The position numbers and the translations under genes were made by a program. Below the pieces are notes generated by a model. That model did no database searches. It saw nothing but the letters and a program-made list of their open reading frames with translations, and was not told where the DNA came from. A DNA stretch of 64,000 nucleotides from an uncultured Alphaproteobacteria bacterium (GTDB lineage: Bacteria; Pseudomonadota; Alphaproteobacteria; HIMB59; GCA-002718135), in the NCBI GenBank assembly GCA_902525035.1, contig CABZFN010000003.1, forward strand, positions 70,395 to 134,394, written 5' to 3'. Position 1 is the first letter of the stretch, and each line of letters opens with the position of its first letter. Positions 41,364 to 51,785 of this stretch are shown in pieces.

Positions 41364-41874
41364 TTTTCCAATATGTAGTTATTTCTTTTTCAAAACCAAA
41401 AGCATTTTTATGTGCTAAGCGTGATGTATACAAAATGCCGTTTAAATGGTCTACTTCATGTTGTACTACCCTTGCATGTAAGCCTTCAACTTCATTTTCG
41501 ATTACTTTACCATCAAGATCAAATCCTGAATATTTAATTTTTTTAAATCTTCTAACTAAACCTTGCATGCCTGGAATTGATAAACAACCTTCCCAATCAT
41601 CCTCAGTTTCTTTTTCCATGGGTGTAAAACTAGGATTTATTAATGGTGTTATCTCAATTTTATCTTTCTCTTCATTATCTGGATTACGAAATACGATTAT
41701 TTTTTTTGAAATATGTACTTGGGGTGCTGCTAAACCTATACCGTTATAGTCAAGCATTGTTTCAGACATATCATAAACTATTTTTTTTAAAGAATCTGAT
41801 GAGAATTCATTTATCTCAGAACATTCTTTAAGCAAGATGGGGTGACCGATTTTTGATATTTTGAGAATAGACAC
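41344..41874 (-). CDS. def: peptide deformylase
   Basis: 176 aa. GIGLAAPQ, EGCLSIPG, HEVDHLNG. Confidence 0.93.
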   Translation of the reverse strand: MSILKISKIGHPILLKECSEINEFSSDSLKKIVYDMSETMLDYNGIGLAAPQVHISKKIIVFRNPDNEEKDKIEITPLINPSFTPMEKETEDDWEGCLSIPGMQGLVRRFKKIKYSGFDLDGKVIENEVEGLHARVVQHEVDHLNGILYTSRLAHKNAFGFEKEITTYWKNEQNRK

Positions 41875-41968
41875 ATGATAGATATAAGTATTTTTTCTAA
41901 TATACCAATAGATTAATTCAATATATCCGTTTGCAAATAATATGAGTTTATGTTACTAGCCGGATCCA

Positions 41969-42166
41969 ATGACACTTTTTGTGAATGTAAAAGATAATAA
42001 CGTAGAACAAGCAATTAGGGCGTTAAAAAAGAAAATGCAGCGAGAAGGTTTGTATAAAGAAATGAAACTACGTAAACACTATGAAAAACCTTGTTTGAAA
42101 CGAGCTAGAGAAAAAGAAGAAAATATTAGAAGAGCAAGGAAATCTGCAAAAAGAAATAACGATTAA
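41969..42166 (+). CDS. rpsU: 30S ribosomal protein S21
   Basis: [37 protein letters not shown]. An in-frame GTG at 41981 is an alternative start. Confidence 0.9.
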   Translation: MTLFVNVKDNNVEQAIRALKKKMQREGLYKEMKLRKHYEKPCLKRAREKEENIRRARKSAKRNND

Positions 42167-43557
42167 GCAGAAAGACTTTTTACGATATCCTCACACATTT
42201 TTTTAGCATCTCCAAAAAGCATAGTCGTGTTATCTCTATAAAACAATTCATTATCAACACCGGAATAACCAGTTGCCATTGAACGTTTTACAAATAAAAC
42301 ACTCTGAGATTTTTCTACATCTAAAATAGGCATACCAAAAATAGGAGAGGACTCATCTGTTTTTGCAGCTGGATTTGTTACATCATTCGCCCCAATAACA
42401 AAAGAAACCTCTGTCATAGGGAAATCATGATTAATTTCATCTAGCTCCAGAACTTCTTCATAAGGAACATTCGCTTCAGCTAATAAAACATTCATATGAC
42501 CTGGCATTCTTCCTGCAACTGGGTGTATTGCATATCTTACTTCTATTCCTTCTTTTTTTAATATATCACCCATTTCTCTTAAAGCATGTTGAGCTTGCGC
42601 TACAGCCATTCCATATCCTGGTACAATAATTACAGAGTCTGCATTTTTCATTATATATGCCGCATCCTCTGCATTACCTTGTTTAACAATTTTGTCTGAG
42701 TTATCCTTACTAGCGCTAGTATCTTGCTCGCCACCAAAACCTCCTAGAACAACATTAATAATGGATCTATTCATCCCTTTACTCATTATATAACTCAATA
42801 TTGCACCAGATGCTCCAACAAGAGCACCAGTTATAATTAAGAGATTATTACTTAGGGTAAATCCTATGCCACAAGCTGCCCAACCTGAATAAGAGTTTAA
42901 CATAGAAACGACAACTGGCATGTCAGCTCCACCAATAGGAATTACTACAAGAAATCCTAGTAATATTGAAACAATAACAATTGTCCAAAAGATTGTTGGA
43001 GATTGATTAATTACAAATAATACAATCAAGAAAATAATAAGAAGAAAAATTAGTGCATTTATAAGATGCTGGAACTTAAATACTATTGGCTTTCCTGAAA
43101 TTGTACCTTGTAATTTTCCAAAAGCTAAAACTGAACCAGAGAAAGTAATAGCGCCAATAAATGTTCCAATACTCATTTCAACTAAACTAGCAGTTTTTAT
43201 CGAACCAACTTTTCCAATACTAAAAGCTACGGGATCATAGAATGCAGCAGCAGCAACAAATACAGCAGCTAAACCTACTAAGCTATGAAATGCCGCTACC
43301 AATTGAGGTAATGCTGTCATCTCAATTCTTAGAGCAATAAATGAACCTATAGCACCACCAATAAGTATCGCGGCACCAATTTCATAATAACTAAGAACTG
43401 ATTTGAACATTAGCGTTGTGAACACCGCTATAATCATTCCAATAACACCAAAAATGTTTCCCATTCTTGAAGACTCAGGGTGAGATAAACCTCTTAGAGC
43501 AAAGATAAATAATAACGCAGAAATTAAATATAATATCGCAACCATGTTATAAGACAT
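42163..43557 (-). CDS. pntB: NAD(P) transhydrogenase subunit beta
   Basis: 464 aa. Multi-TM N-terminus. C-terminal dIII domain with [12 protein letters not shown] and IGANDVTNP. Confidence 0.95.
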   Translation of the reverse strand: MSYNMVAILYLISALLFIFALRGLSHPESSRMGNIFGVIGMIIAVFTTLMFKSVLSYYEIGAAILIGGAIGSFIALRIEMTALPQLVAAFHSLVGLAAVFVAAAAFYDPVAFSIGKVGSIKTASLVEMSIGTFIGAITFSGSVLAFGKLQGTISGKPIVFKFQHLINALIFLLIIFLIVLFVINQSPTIFWTIVIVSILLGFLVVIPIGGADMPVVVSMLNSYSGWAACGIGFTLSNNLLIITGALVGASGAILSYIMSKGMNRSIINVVLGGFGGEQDTSASKDNSDKIVKQGNAEDAAYIMKNADSVIIVPGYGMAVAQAQHALREMGDILKKEGIEVRYAIHPVAGRMPGHMNVLLAEANVPYEEVLELDEINHDFPMTEVSFVIGANDVTNPAAKTDESSPIFGMPILDVEKSQSVLFVKRSMATGYSGVDNELFYRDNTTMLFGDAKKMCEDIVKSLSA

Positions 43558-43874
43558 TATTCTTTTTCCTTTGTTTTTTTTGTTTTTTTCTTAAACATTG
43601 AAAGCATTCTATATGTTACTAAGAAACCTCCAAAAATATTAACTGAAGCTAATACAACACCAATTAATCCAAAAATTTTTGAAGTATCAAAACCTTGCGG
43701 ACCGGCTGCCAATATTGCCCCAACAATAATTACACTTGATATTGCATTTGTTACACCCATCAATGGACTATGTAATGCAGGAGTGACTGACCAAACTACA
43801 TAATAACCAATAATACAAGCTAAGAAAAATACTGTTAGTCCAATAACAAAAACATCTGAAGAATGTGCTTCCAT
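43557..43874 (-). CDS. pntAB: NAD(P) transhydrogenase subunit alpha part 2 (membrane)
   Basis: 105 aa, 3-4 [20 protein letters not shown]. Confidence 0.9.
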   Translation of the reverse strand: MEAHSSDVFVIGLTVFFLACIIGYYVVWSVTPALHSPLMGVTNAISSVIIVGAILAAGPQGFDTSKIFGLIGVVLASVNIFGGFLVTYRMLSMFKKKTKKTKEKE

Positions 43875-43875
43875 A

Positions 43876-44997
43876 TTATTTAAATTGCTCCAATCTTACA
43901 TCCCCATCATGCGTTAACAAAACAGAATTAATTATTTCATCATCAAAATCAAAATTTATTTTTTTATTTTCTTTATCAATTAATAAACTTAAAAAGTTAG
44001 AAATATTTTTAGCATACAGTGCTGATGCATCTTTAGCTACTCTTCCAGGAACATTGCCATAACCAACGATTTTTACTCCATTATGCAAAACTATTTCATT
44101 CATTTTACTTAAAGGACAATTACCACCAGCTTCCACAGCCAAATCAATTACTACTGAACCTGGTATCATCGAAGAAACCATGTCTTCTGTAATTAAAACT
44201 GGAGCTTTTTTCCCAGGAATAAGAGCTGTACAAATTACTATATCTTGTTTTGAAACTGTTTCAGCTATCAATTGAGCTTGTTTTTTCTTATAATCTTCAC
44301 TCATTTCCTTTGCATAACCACCTGCGGTTTCAGCATTTTGAGCTTCATCATCTTCAACCATTATGAATTTTCCACCAAGACTTTCAACTTGCTCCTTAGT
44401 TGCTGCTCTTACATCGGTGGCAGAAACTACAGCGCCAAGTCTTTTTGCTGTTGCAATAGCTTGTAAACCAGCAACTCCTACACCAAGTATCATAACTTTT
44501 GCTGGATTTACTCTTCCGGCAGCAGTCATCATCATTGGAAAAGCTTTTCCAAATTGCTCCGCTGCATCAATGACACTTCTATACCCAGCTAAGTTAGCTT
44601 GGGATGATAAAACATCCATACTTTGTGCTCTGCTTATTCTAGGAATTAATTCCATACAGCATGATGATATTTTGTTTTTGTTTAAGTTAGAAAATTCAGA
44701 TTTATTTTCATATGGGTTTAAAATTCCAATAAGTAATGAATTACTTTTTAAGTTATTTATGTCATCAGTGCTTGGCATTCTAACACATAAACAAACATCA
44801 GCCTTCAAACATTCTGATCTAGTAACAATTTTTGCTCCAGCTTCCTCATAATTTGAATTTTGATATCCTGAAGTTTCTCCAGCTCCATTTTCAATTATAA
44901 CTTCAAAACCCAATCTAGAAAAAAGCTTAACAGATTCAGGGGAGATTGAGACTCTTGTCTCATTGTTATCATTTTCTTTAATAGCAGATAAGAGCAT
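43876..44997 (-). CDS. pntAA: NAD(P) transhydrogenase subunit alpha part 1 (dI, AlaDH/PNT fold)
   Basis: 373 aa. [26 protein letters not shown]. The split-alpha organisation matches Rhodospirillum-type enzymes. Confidence 0.93.
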   Translation of the reverse strand: MLLSAIKENDNNETRVSISPESVKLFSRLGFEVIIENGAGETSGYQNSNYEEAGAKIVTRSECLKADVCLCVRMPSTDDINNLKSNSLLIGILNPYENKSEFSNLNKNKISSCCMELIPRISRAQSMDVLSSQANLAGYRSVIDAAEQFGKAFPMMMTAAGRVNPAKVMILGVGVAGLQAIATAKRLGAVVSATDVRAATKEQVESLGGKFIMVEDDEAQNAETAGGYAKEMSEDYKKKQAQLIAETVSKQDIVICTALIPGKKAPVLITEDMVSSMIPGSVVIDLAVEAGGNCPLSKMNEIVLHNGVKIVGYGNVPGRVAKDASALYAKNISNFLSLLIDKENKKINFDFDDEIINSVLLTHDGDVRLEQFK

Positions 44998-45003
44998 GAG
45001 TTC

Positions 45004-46350
45004 TTATATTGATAGGTTCTCTAATTTTAAAGCTTTTTGTTGATTTTCCATTAATTTTTTTGAGTTAAAATCCTCAATGAGTTCATGGAATATTCTATAC
45101 CAATTAACTTCAGCTTTTAAATGCATAAAAACAGAACCTAAGCCTACTGCTGCTCTATCCATAAAGACAAATTCTTTTGGAGGTTTAACACCTCCTAACT
45201 TTTTGAGCTCTTGATGAACCTCTGATGCAATTTTTGCTCCATATATACCACTATCACTTTCTTGTATTTTTTGAACTTTATCTTCTATCAAAGGTGAATA
45301 TAAAAAACCTGCCCATTTATTTAATACTTTTAATTTCTCTTTGGTAATATCTGTGAATCCCCATTGTTCATAAGCATGAACTGCCTTTGAATTATCTTTT
45401 TCTTGAAGAGCAAAATATAAGTCAATAACACCTTGAATGAAATTGCCATTAAAAATTCTCATACAACCAAAATCATAAATATTAATGCTAAGATCTTTTT
45501 TTTGTACAGAATAATTTCCTAAATGTGGATCTCCATGAAGCACGCCGTATTCAAAGAATGGTTTATACCACGCTTTATACATATTAGATGCTAATGTATT
45601 TCTTGTTTCTTTAGGAGATTTTTTAAAATTCAAAATAGGCTCACCATCAAGCCAACTCATAGTTAGCAATCTCTTTGTAGATAATTTATCATAGGTTTTT
45701 GGAACATGAACAAAATTTATATTTGAAAATATATTTCTAAATACAGCCATTAACTTTTTCTCTCTTTCGTAATCTAGCTCTTCTTTAAGTCTGTCTGTGA
45801 TTTCTTTGTATACTTCATCAGTTTTGATCGCTTTATTATAAGACTGATAAATTGAAAAAATCATTTTTAATTGGGAAAGATCAGCACTAACTGCTGAGGC
45901 CATGTCAGGGTATTGTAGTTTGCAAGCAACAATCTCATCATTTTTTGTTTTTGCTTTATGAACTTGTCCTAGGGAAGCAGCTCTTGTTGCTTCTTTATCA
46001 AACTCAATAAAATTCTTTTGCCAGTCCTGCTTTAATTCTGCAGCCATTCTTCTTTTAACAAACAACCAACCCATTGGCGGAGCATTAGACTGTAAATGCA
46101 TAAGCTCTTGCGCGTACTCATCAGGAAGTAAGTCAGGTATAGTTGCTGATAATTGTGCCACTTTCATTAATGGCCCTTTAATACTTCCAAGAGCAGCTCT
46201 TATTTCTGAAGCATGTTTTTCTTTATCTAACTTAACACCTAAATATCTTTGACTTGCAAGTTTAGTGGCTAATTTTCCCACAACACCACCAACTTTCGCA
46301 TACCTGGTAAGTTGCTTTGTTAGAGATTTTGCTTCTTTATCTTTCATCAA
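45004..46350 (-). CDS. ABC1/UbiB-family atypical kinase
   Basis: 448 aa. AASLGQVHKAK...VACKLQYPDM and HGDPHLGN. Confidence 0.85.
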   Translation of the reverse strand: MMKDKEAKSLTKQLTRYAKVGGVVGKLATKLASQRYLGVKLDKEKHASEIRAALGSIKGPLMKVAQLSATIPDLLPDEYAQELMHLQSNAPPMGWLFVKRRMAAELKQDWQKNFIEFDKEATRAASLGQVHKAKTKNDEIVACKLQYPDMASAVSADLSQLKMIFSIYQSYNKAIKTDEVYKEITDRLKEELDYEREKKLMAVFRNIFSNINFVHVPKTYDKLSTKRLLTMSWLDGEPILNFKKSPKETRNTLASNMYKAWYKPFFEYGVLHGDPHLGNYSVQKKDLSINIYDFGCMRIFNGNFIQGVIDLYFALQEKDNSKAVHAYEQWGFTDITKEKLKVLNKWAGFLYSPLIEDKVQKIQESDSGIYGAKIASEVHQELKKLGGVKPPKEFVFMDRAAVGLGSVFMHLKAEVNWYRIFHELIEDFNSKKLMENQQKALKLENLSI

Positions 46351-46352
46351 TT

Positions 46353-48149
46353 TTATTCTTCTAATTGGTCAATCAAATTCTCAATAACATTAACTCCTTT
46401 TTGCCAGAAATCTTTATTTTTCGGATTTAACCCAAAAGGCTTTAATAGTTTATCATATGTATCACTTCCACCGCTCTCTAACAAAGTAATGTATTTGTCT
46501 TCAAATTGAGGGAGTTTGTTTTCGTAAACGTTAAAAAGAGAATTAACAAGACAATCACCAAAAGCATATGCATAAACATAGAATGGTGAATGAATAAAAT
46601 GAGGTATGTAGCTCCAGAAATATTTGTAATCATCATTAAGTTTTATTGAAGATCCTAAGCTTTTCTTTTGAACATCAATCCAAATTTCACAAATCTCGTC
46701 AACACTTAATTCTTTGATTTTTCTTTGATGATGAATACGTTTTTCAAATTCAAAAAATGCAATCTGCCTCACAACAGTGTTTAGCATATCTTCGACTTTG
46801 TTTGCTAAAAGCCCCTTACGTTCATTTTCTTTTGTTGTAATAGATAAAAGAGATTTAAAAGTTAACATTTCGCCAAAAACACTTGCAGTTTCAGCAAGGG
46901 TTAACGGTGTTGAAGAATTAAAATAAGTTTGTTTTTGTCCTGCTAAATATTGATGAATTCCGTGCCCTAGTTCATGAGCAAGAGTTGCTATATCTCTTGC
47001 TTTACCCTGATAATTTACAAGTATAAATGGATGAGCTGATGGAACAGTTGAAGCAGCAAAAGCGCCAGGAGATTTTCCCGGGATTACTGGAGCATGTATC
47101 CATGAATTTTCAAAAAATTTATTTACAATATTTCCTGCTCTCTTATCAAAATTTGAATAAGCATTAGATACAATTTGTCTTGCATCTTTCCAGGAATAAA
47201 TACTCTGTGATTGAAAAGGAAGAGGTGCATTTCTGTCCCAATACATTAAAGGTTTCTTTTTTAGCCATTTAGATTTTATTTTATAATAACGATGAGCAAT
47301 TTTTGGATAATTTTCTTTTATTGTTTCAGTTAAAGCTTCTACAACTTCATCTTCAACAACATTAGATAAATTTCTTGAACTGACTGGATTTGGCAATCCT
47401 CTCCATTTATCATTGATTGATTTGTCTTTTGCAAGATTATTAGTAATAGATGCAAACAAACTAATGTTATCCTTTAAAACAGCAGATACTACCTCAGCTG
47501 CTTTTTTACGATTTGATTCTTTTTTATCAGAAAGAAAATTAAATATTTCAGCACTAGATAAATTTTTTCCCTTAAAGGGAAATTTTAGAGATGCAATTGT
47601 ATCATCAAATAGTCTGATCCAGGCTGATCTAGAAGTAATACTTTTTTCTTGGAGTAATTTTTCTGTTTTAACATCTAATTGATAAGGTTTGAATTTTCGA
47701 ATATTTTTTATCCAGTTTTTGTAAATCTCTAGTTTTTTATCAGCATAAATTTTTTTTAAATTTTTTTCAGAAATTTCATTTATCTCAAGACTAAAGAAGA
47801 CAATTGAGGAGGCAATATTAGTTATTTGCTCCTGCATTTGTTGATAAAAAATTTTATTTTTTTCATTGTTACCATCCTCTGCAACTAATAAATGTGCATA
47901 AGACATAATTTTATCTATTTTTATATCAATATCCTCTAATTCAATAATGGCTTTTAAGAGTTGATTAGAACTAATCTTGATAATTTTGGATGCGTATTTT
48001 TTCTCAAATTTTTTAGTTGATATTCTGAGCTTATTTAAATCATTATAGAGCTTCTTGGCTTTTGGCGATTCATATAAGTCCTTTAAATTCCAAATTGGTA
48101 GTTTGCCAAGGGTATTTTTTGTTGAATTTTGATAATTTTTTTGTTTCAT
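46353..48149 (-). CDS. pepF: M3B family oligoendopeptidase F
   Basis: 598 aa. HELGHGIH zinc motif with a downstream E ligand. Confidence 0.88.
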   Translation of the reverse strand: MKQKNYQNSTKNTLGKLPIWNLKDLYESPKAKKLYNDLNKLRISTKKFEKKYASKIIKISSNQLLKAIIELEDIDIKIDKIMSYAHLLVAEDGNNEKNKIFYQQMQEQITNIASSIVFFSLEINEISEKNLKKIYADKKLEIYKNWIKNIRKFKPYQLDVKTEKLLQEKSITSRSAWIRLFDDTIASLKFPFKGKNLSSAEIFNFLSDKKESNRKKAAEVVSAVLKDNISLFASITNNLAKDKSINDKWRGLPNPVSSRNLSNVVEDEVVEALTETIKENYPKIAHRYYKIKSKWLKKKPLMYWDRNAPLPFQSQSIYSWKDARQIVSNAYSNFDKRAGNIVNKFFENSWIHAPVIPGKSPGAFAASTVPSAHPFILVNYQGKARDIATLAHELGHGIHQYLAGQKQTYFNSSTPLTLAETASVFGEMLTFKSLLSITTKENERKGLLANKVEDMLNTVVRQIAFFEFEKRIHHQRKIKELSVDEICEIWIDVQKKSLGSSIKLNDDYKYFWSYIPHFIHSPFYVYAYAFGDCLVNSLFNVYENKLPQFEDKYITLLESGGSDTYDKLLKPFGLNPKNKDFWQKGVNVIENLIDQLEE

Positions 48150-48205
48150 ATTTTACTATTTCGATATAGGTCTAATATCAGAGCTTTGTAGGGAGGATAG
48201 AAAGC

Positions 48206-50008
48206 ATGATTGTTAATTTTGACGAATTTAATAGCATACCGGGTATATTTTATCATCAAGCAAATGATCTAAAAGATCAACCATATTTATGGAAGAAAGA
48301 GAATGATAAATATGTTTCTTTAAGCTGGTCACAAGTAAAAGAACAAGTTGAAAGTTTAGCAACATACTTAAAAGATCTAGGAATTTTAGAGGGAGATAGA
48401 GTATTAATTTTATCTGAAAATAGGCCTGAATGGCAAATCAGTGATTTAGCAATAATGTCCATAGGAGCAATTTCAGTGCCTGCTTATACAACAAGCACAA
48501 CCAATGACTATAAATATATTATTGAGCAATCTGGTGCTAGATGTGCCATCGTATCATCTCACGAGTTAATGAAAAAAGTTCTACCTGCAATAGAAAAAAT
48601 TTCACATTGTCAAAATGTAATAAAAATCAATGATGATAATGAAACTTATACAGAAATAGTAAATATTTTATCATACAGTAAAATTATAAATGACAATTTA
48701 GAAAAAAGTAAAAATTCTAATGAAATAGAAGAATTATCAAAAAATTTTAAAAGAAAAGATACAGCATGTATTATTTATACATCTGGCACTGGAGGCAATC
48801 CTAAGGGAGTGATGTTAAGTCATGGAGCTATGCTGAGAAACTGTGCTTCCTGTGATAAATTACTTGAGAGTCTAACCAGTGATTTAACAAAAGAAATTAG
48901 ATATTTATCATGGTTGCCATTATCTCATTCATATGAGCATACTCTACAATTTTTAGAAATGGGGCAAGGTGCACAAATCTATTACGCTGAAAGTATAGAT
49001 AAATTATTAGTAAATATGGCTGAGGCTGCACCACATTTTATGACAGCTGTTCCAAGGTTTTATGACTCTTTACACACTCGTATTTCACAAGGTCTAAAAA
49101 ACCAAAGTAAATTAAGTCAACGCTTCTTTGCAATTACATTAAATCTAGGAAATAAAAAATATTTTGGTGAACAGATGAGCTTCTCTGAAAGATTTATGAA
49201 TGGATTGATGGATAGGATAGTAAGAAAAAAAGTTAAGAAAAGATTTGGTGGAAGTCTAAGAGCATTGATATCAGGAGGTGCAGCACTAAATTTTGAAGTT
49301 GGATTATACCTAAGTGCACTTGGCCTTCCATTACTTCAAGGCTACGGACAAACTGAAACTGCTCCTGTTATTTCTGCAAACCCTCCTGAAAAAATTAAAC
49401 TAGATACTGTTGGAAAAGTTCTTCAAGGAAATGAAGTGAAAATTTCTGAAGATGGGGAAATTTTAGCTCGTGGTGAACTAATTATGAATGGTTATTGGAA
49501 TGATCCTGAGTCAACTAATAAAACTATAATTGATGGGTGGGTTCATACAGGTGATATTGGTGAATTTGATGAAGAAGATTATTTAAAGATAACGGATAGG
49601 AAAAAAGATATTATTGTAAATGCTGGTGGAGATAATATTTCTCCTTCAAGAATAGAGGCAAAACTAGATATTGAACCTGAAATTGCTCAATCAATGTTGT
49701 ATGGAGATTTCAAAAATTACCTAGTTGCAATCCTTGTGCCTAATAAAGATTTAGCTTTAGAATGGGCAAAAGAAAATGATGTTGAGAGCGATTTAAAAAA
49801 AATAATTCAAGATTCTTCATTTAATAAAAAAATAAAAGAAGTTATAGATAAAATCAATAAAAGCCTTTCTAGTATTGAACAAATAAGAAAATTTATTTTA
49901 ATTGATCACGAGTTTACAATTGAAAACAATATGATGACTCCTTCCATGAAAGTAAGAAGGTTTAAAGTAAAAGAGATGTATGGAGAAAGTTTAGAGAAAC
50001 TATATTAA
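48206..50008 (+). CDS. long-chain fatty acid--CoA ligase (AMP-forming)
   Basis: 600 aa. IIYTSGTGGNPKGVMLSH, GYGQTE, TGDIG. Good SD (AGGGAGGA) upstream. Confidence 0.88.
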   Translation: MIVNFDEFNSIPGIFYHQANDLKDQPYLWKKENDKYVSLSWSQVKEQVESLATYLKDLGILEGDRVLILSENRPEWQISDLAIMSIGAISVPAYTTSTTNDYKYIIEQSGARCAIVSSHELMKKVLPAIEKISHCQNVIKINDDNETYTEIVNILSYSKIINDNLEKSKNSNEIEELSKNFKRKDTACIIYTSGTGGNPKGVMLSHGAMLRNCASCDKLLESLTSDLTKEIRYLSWLPLSHSYEHTLQFLEMGQGAQIYYAESIDKLLVNMAEAAPHFMTAVPRFYDSLHTRISQGLKNQSKLSQRFFAITLNLGNKKYFGEQMSFSERFMNGLMDRIVRKKVKKRFGGSLRALISGGAALNFEVGLYLSALGLPLLQGYGQTETAPVISANPPEKIKLDTVGKVLQGNEVKISEDGEILARGELIMNGYWNDPESTNKTIIDGWVHTGDIGEFDEEDYLKITDRKKDIIVNAGGDNISPSRIEAKLDIEPEIAQSMLYGDFKNYLVAILVPNKDLALEWAKENDVESDLKKIIQDSSFNKKIKEVIDKINKSLSSIEQIRKFILIDHEFTIENNMMTPSMKVRRFKVKEMYGESLEKLY

Positions 50009-50295
50009 GTTTCTCCTTTATCAAATTTTTCTTTTTGTTCAGGAATGATTTCTTTTTGAAATCTTGTTTTCCACTCTGAGTATGGCATACCATAGATCAT
50101 TTCTCGGGCTTCATCGTATGAAATAGAAATATTTTTCTTCTCTGCAGCACTAACATACCATTTTGAAAGACAGTTTCTGCAAAAACCTGACAAATTCATT
50201 AAATCAATATTTTGAACATCAGTTCTATTTTTTAGATGATGAATCAATCTTTCTGCAACATCAGCAAGTAAATCTCTATCAAAGTTTTTGGACAT
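50005..50295 (-). CDS. DUF1244 domain protein
   Basis: 96 aa. LSGFCRNCLSKWY core. Confidence 0.7.
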   Translation of the reverse strand: MSKNFDRDLLADVAERLIHHLKNRTDVQNIDLMNLSGFCRNCLSKWYVSAAEKKNISISYDEAREMIYGMPYSEWKTRFQKEIIPEQKEKFDKGET

Positions 50296-50348
50296 ATTAC
50301 GTAAATAAATTATATAAATCTTTTTTTGTGTTATATATATAATAATTA

Positions 50349-51785
50349 ATGAAACGTAACAGAAAAGCTAAAATTTTAGCTACACTAGGACCTGCATCAT
50401 CAGATAAAAAAATAATAGAAGACTTATTTGTTGCAGGATGTGATGTTTTTAGATTAAATTTTTCACATGGTGATTTAGAGAGTCATAGAAAAAATTATGA
50501 AAATATTAGATCTCTTGAAGAAAAACATAATCATGCATCATGCATATTAGCTGACTTACAAGGACCCAAATTAAGAGTGGGTACATTTAAAAATACAAAA
50601 GAAAATTTAGTCAAAGGTCAAAGTTTTGTATTAGATCTTTCAAGTGAGCCTGGAGATAATAATAGAGTTAACTTTCCTCATGGAGAGATTTATGATTTTT
50701 TAACACCTAATTCTATTTTATTAGTAAATGATGGAAGGATTAGATTACAAGTTGTTGAACAAAAAAAAGATAGTTTGATTACAGAAGTTTTAAATGATGC
50801 TGAAATCTCAAATAATAAAGGTGTTAATATTCCTGATGTTATTCTTCCTATAGACGCCCTTACTAAAAAAGATGAATCTGATCTTATGAAAGCATTAGAT
50901 ATGGGAGTTGATTGGGTTGCACTTTCCTTCGTGCAACAAGCAGAGGATATACACAAACTAAAAAAAATAATTAACAACAAAGCACTCGTGATGGCAAAAA
51001 TTGAAAAACCATCAGCAGTAAAAAATATTGATGATATTATAAATGCTGCAGATGGTATTATGATAGCGAGAGGTGATTTAGGTGTTGAAATGCCAACAGA
51101 ACAAGTTCCTATAGTTCAAAAAAATATTATTAAAAGATGTAGACATTTTGGTAAGCCAGTAATTGTTGCTACTCAGATGCTTGAAAGTATGATTGAAAAT
51201 CTTGTTCCAACTAGAGCTGAAGCATCTGATGTTGCTAATGCTATTTATGATGGAACAGATGCAGTAATGTTATCTGGAGAATCGGCTGTAGGAGCGCATC
51301 CTCTTGAAGTAGTAAAAACAATGAATAAAATTATAGAAAATGTTGAGAATGATAAAAATAATTATGATTTACAAATAATTAAGGAAAATATTGATGATGT
51401 TGATAATACAGATGCAATAACTTTAGCAGCTTATTCAATTGCAAAAAAATCAGATGCAAAAGCAATTATTACATTTTCTCTTAGTGGAAGAACAACTACT
51501 AGAATGGCTAGAGAAAGAGCGCCGGTTCAAATTGTTGGATTATCTCCAAATATTATTACTACAAGAAAAATGCAATTATATTGGGGGGTAAACTCTTGTC
51601 ATACGCAAGAGGATGCTCAAAATGCTCAAGACATGGTTAATATTGCATGTAGAATTGCAAAAAATAAAAAATTAGTACAGCCAGGAGATAACGTTGTTAT
51701 TTCAGCTGGTGTTCCATTTGGAAGTGCTGGTACTACTAATCTACTTAGATTGGCTGAAATAATCGCTAATACAGATCTTAAGTAA
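50349..51785 (+). CDS. pyk: pyruvate kinase
   Basis: 478 aa. RKAKILATLGPAS, FRLNFSHG, MIARGDLGVEM, MLSGESA. Confidence 0.95.
   Translation: MKRNRKAKILATLGPASSDKKIIEDLFVAGCDVFRLNFSHGDLESHRKNYENIRSLEEKHNHASCILADLQGPKLRVGTFKNTKENLVKGQSFVLDLSSEPGDNNRVNFPHGEIYDFLTPNSILLVNDGRIRLQVVEQKKDSLITEVLNDAEISNNKGVNIPDVILPIDALTKKDESDLMKALDMGVDWVALSFVQQAEDIHKLKKIINNKALVMAKIEKPSAVKNIDDIINAADGIMIARGDLGVEMPTEQVPIVQKNIIKRCRHFGKPVIVATQMLESMIENLVPTRAEASDVANAIYDGTDAVMLSGESAVGAHPLEVVKTMNKIIENVENDKNNYDLQIIKENIDDVDNTDAITLAAYSIAKKSDAKAIITFSLSGRTTTRMARERAPVQIVGLSPNIITTRKMQLYWGVNSCHTQEDAQNAQDMVNIACRIAKNKKLVQPGDNVVISAGVPFGSAGTTNLLRLAEIIANTDLK

Noticed and set aside
41270-41749. 159-aa ORF spanning the COQ9-like/def junction on the plus strand
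   Set aside because: It is antisense to two well-supported genes (def has all three catalytic motifs). The sequence is low-complexity and F/L/S-rich, typical of a shadow frame in AT-rich DNA.
44363-44851. 162-aa ORF antisense to pntAA
   Set aside because: It is a shadow ORF inside a highly conserved transhydrogenase dI domain, with no motifs. The same applies to the 64-66-aa ORFs at 43865 and 44272.
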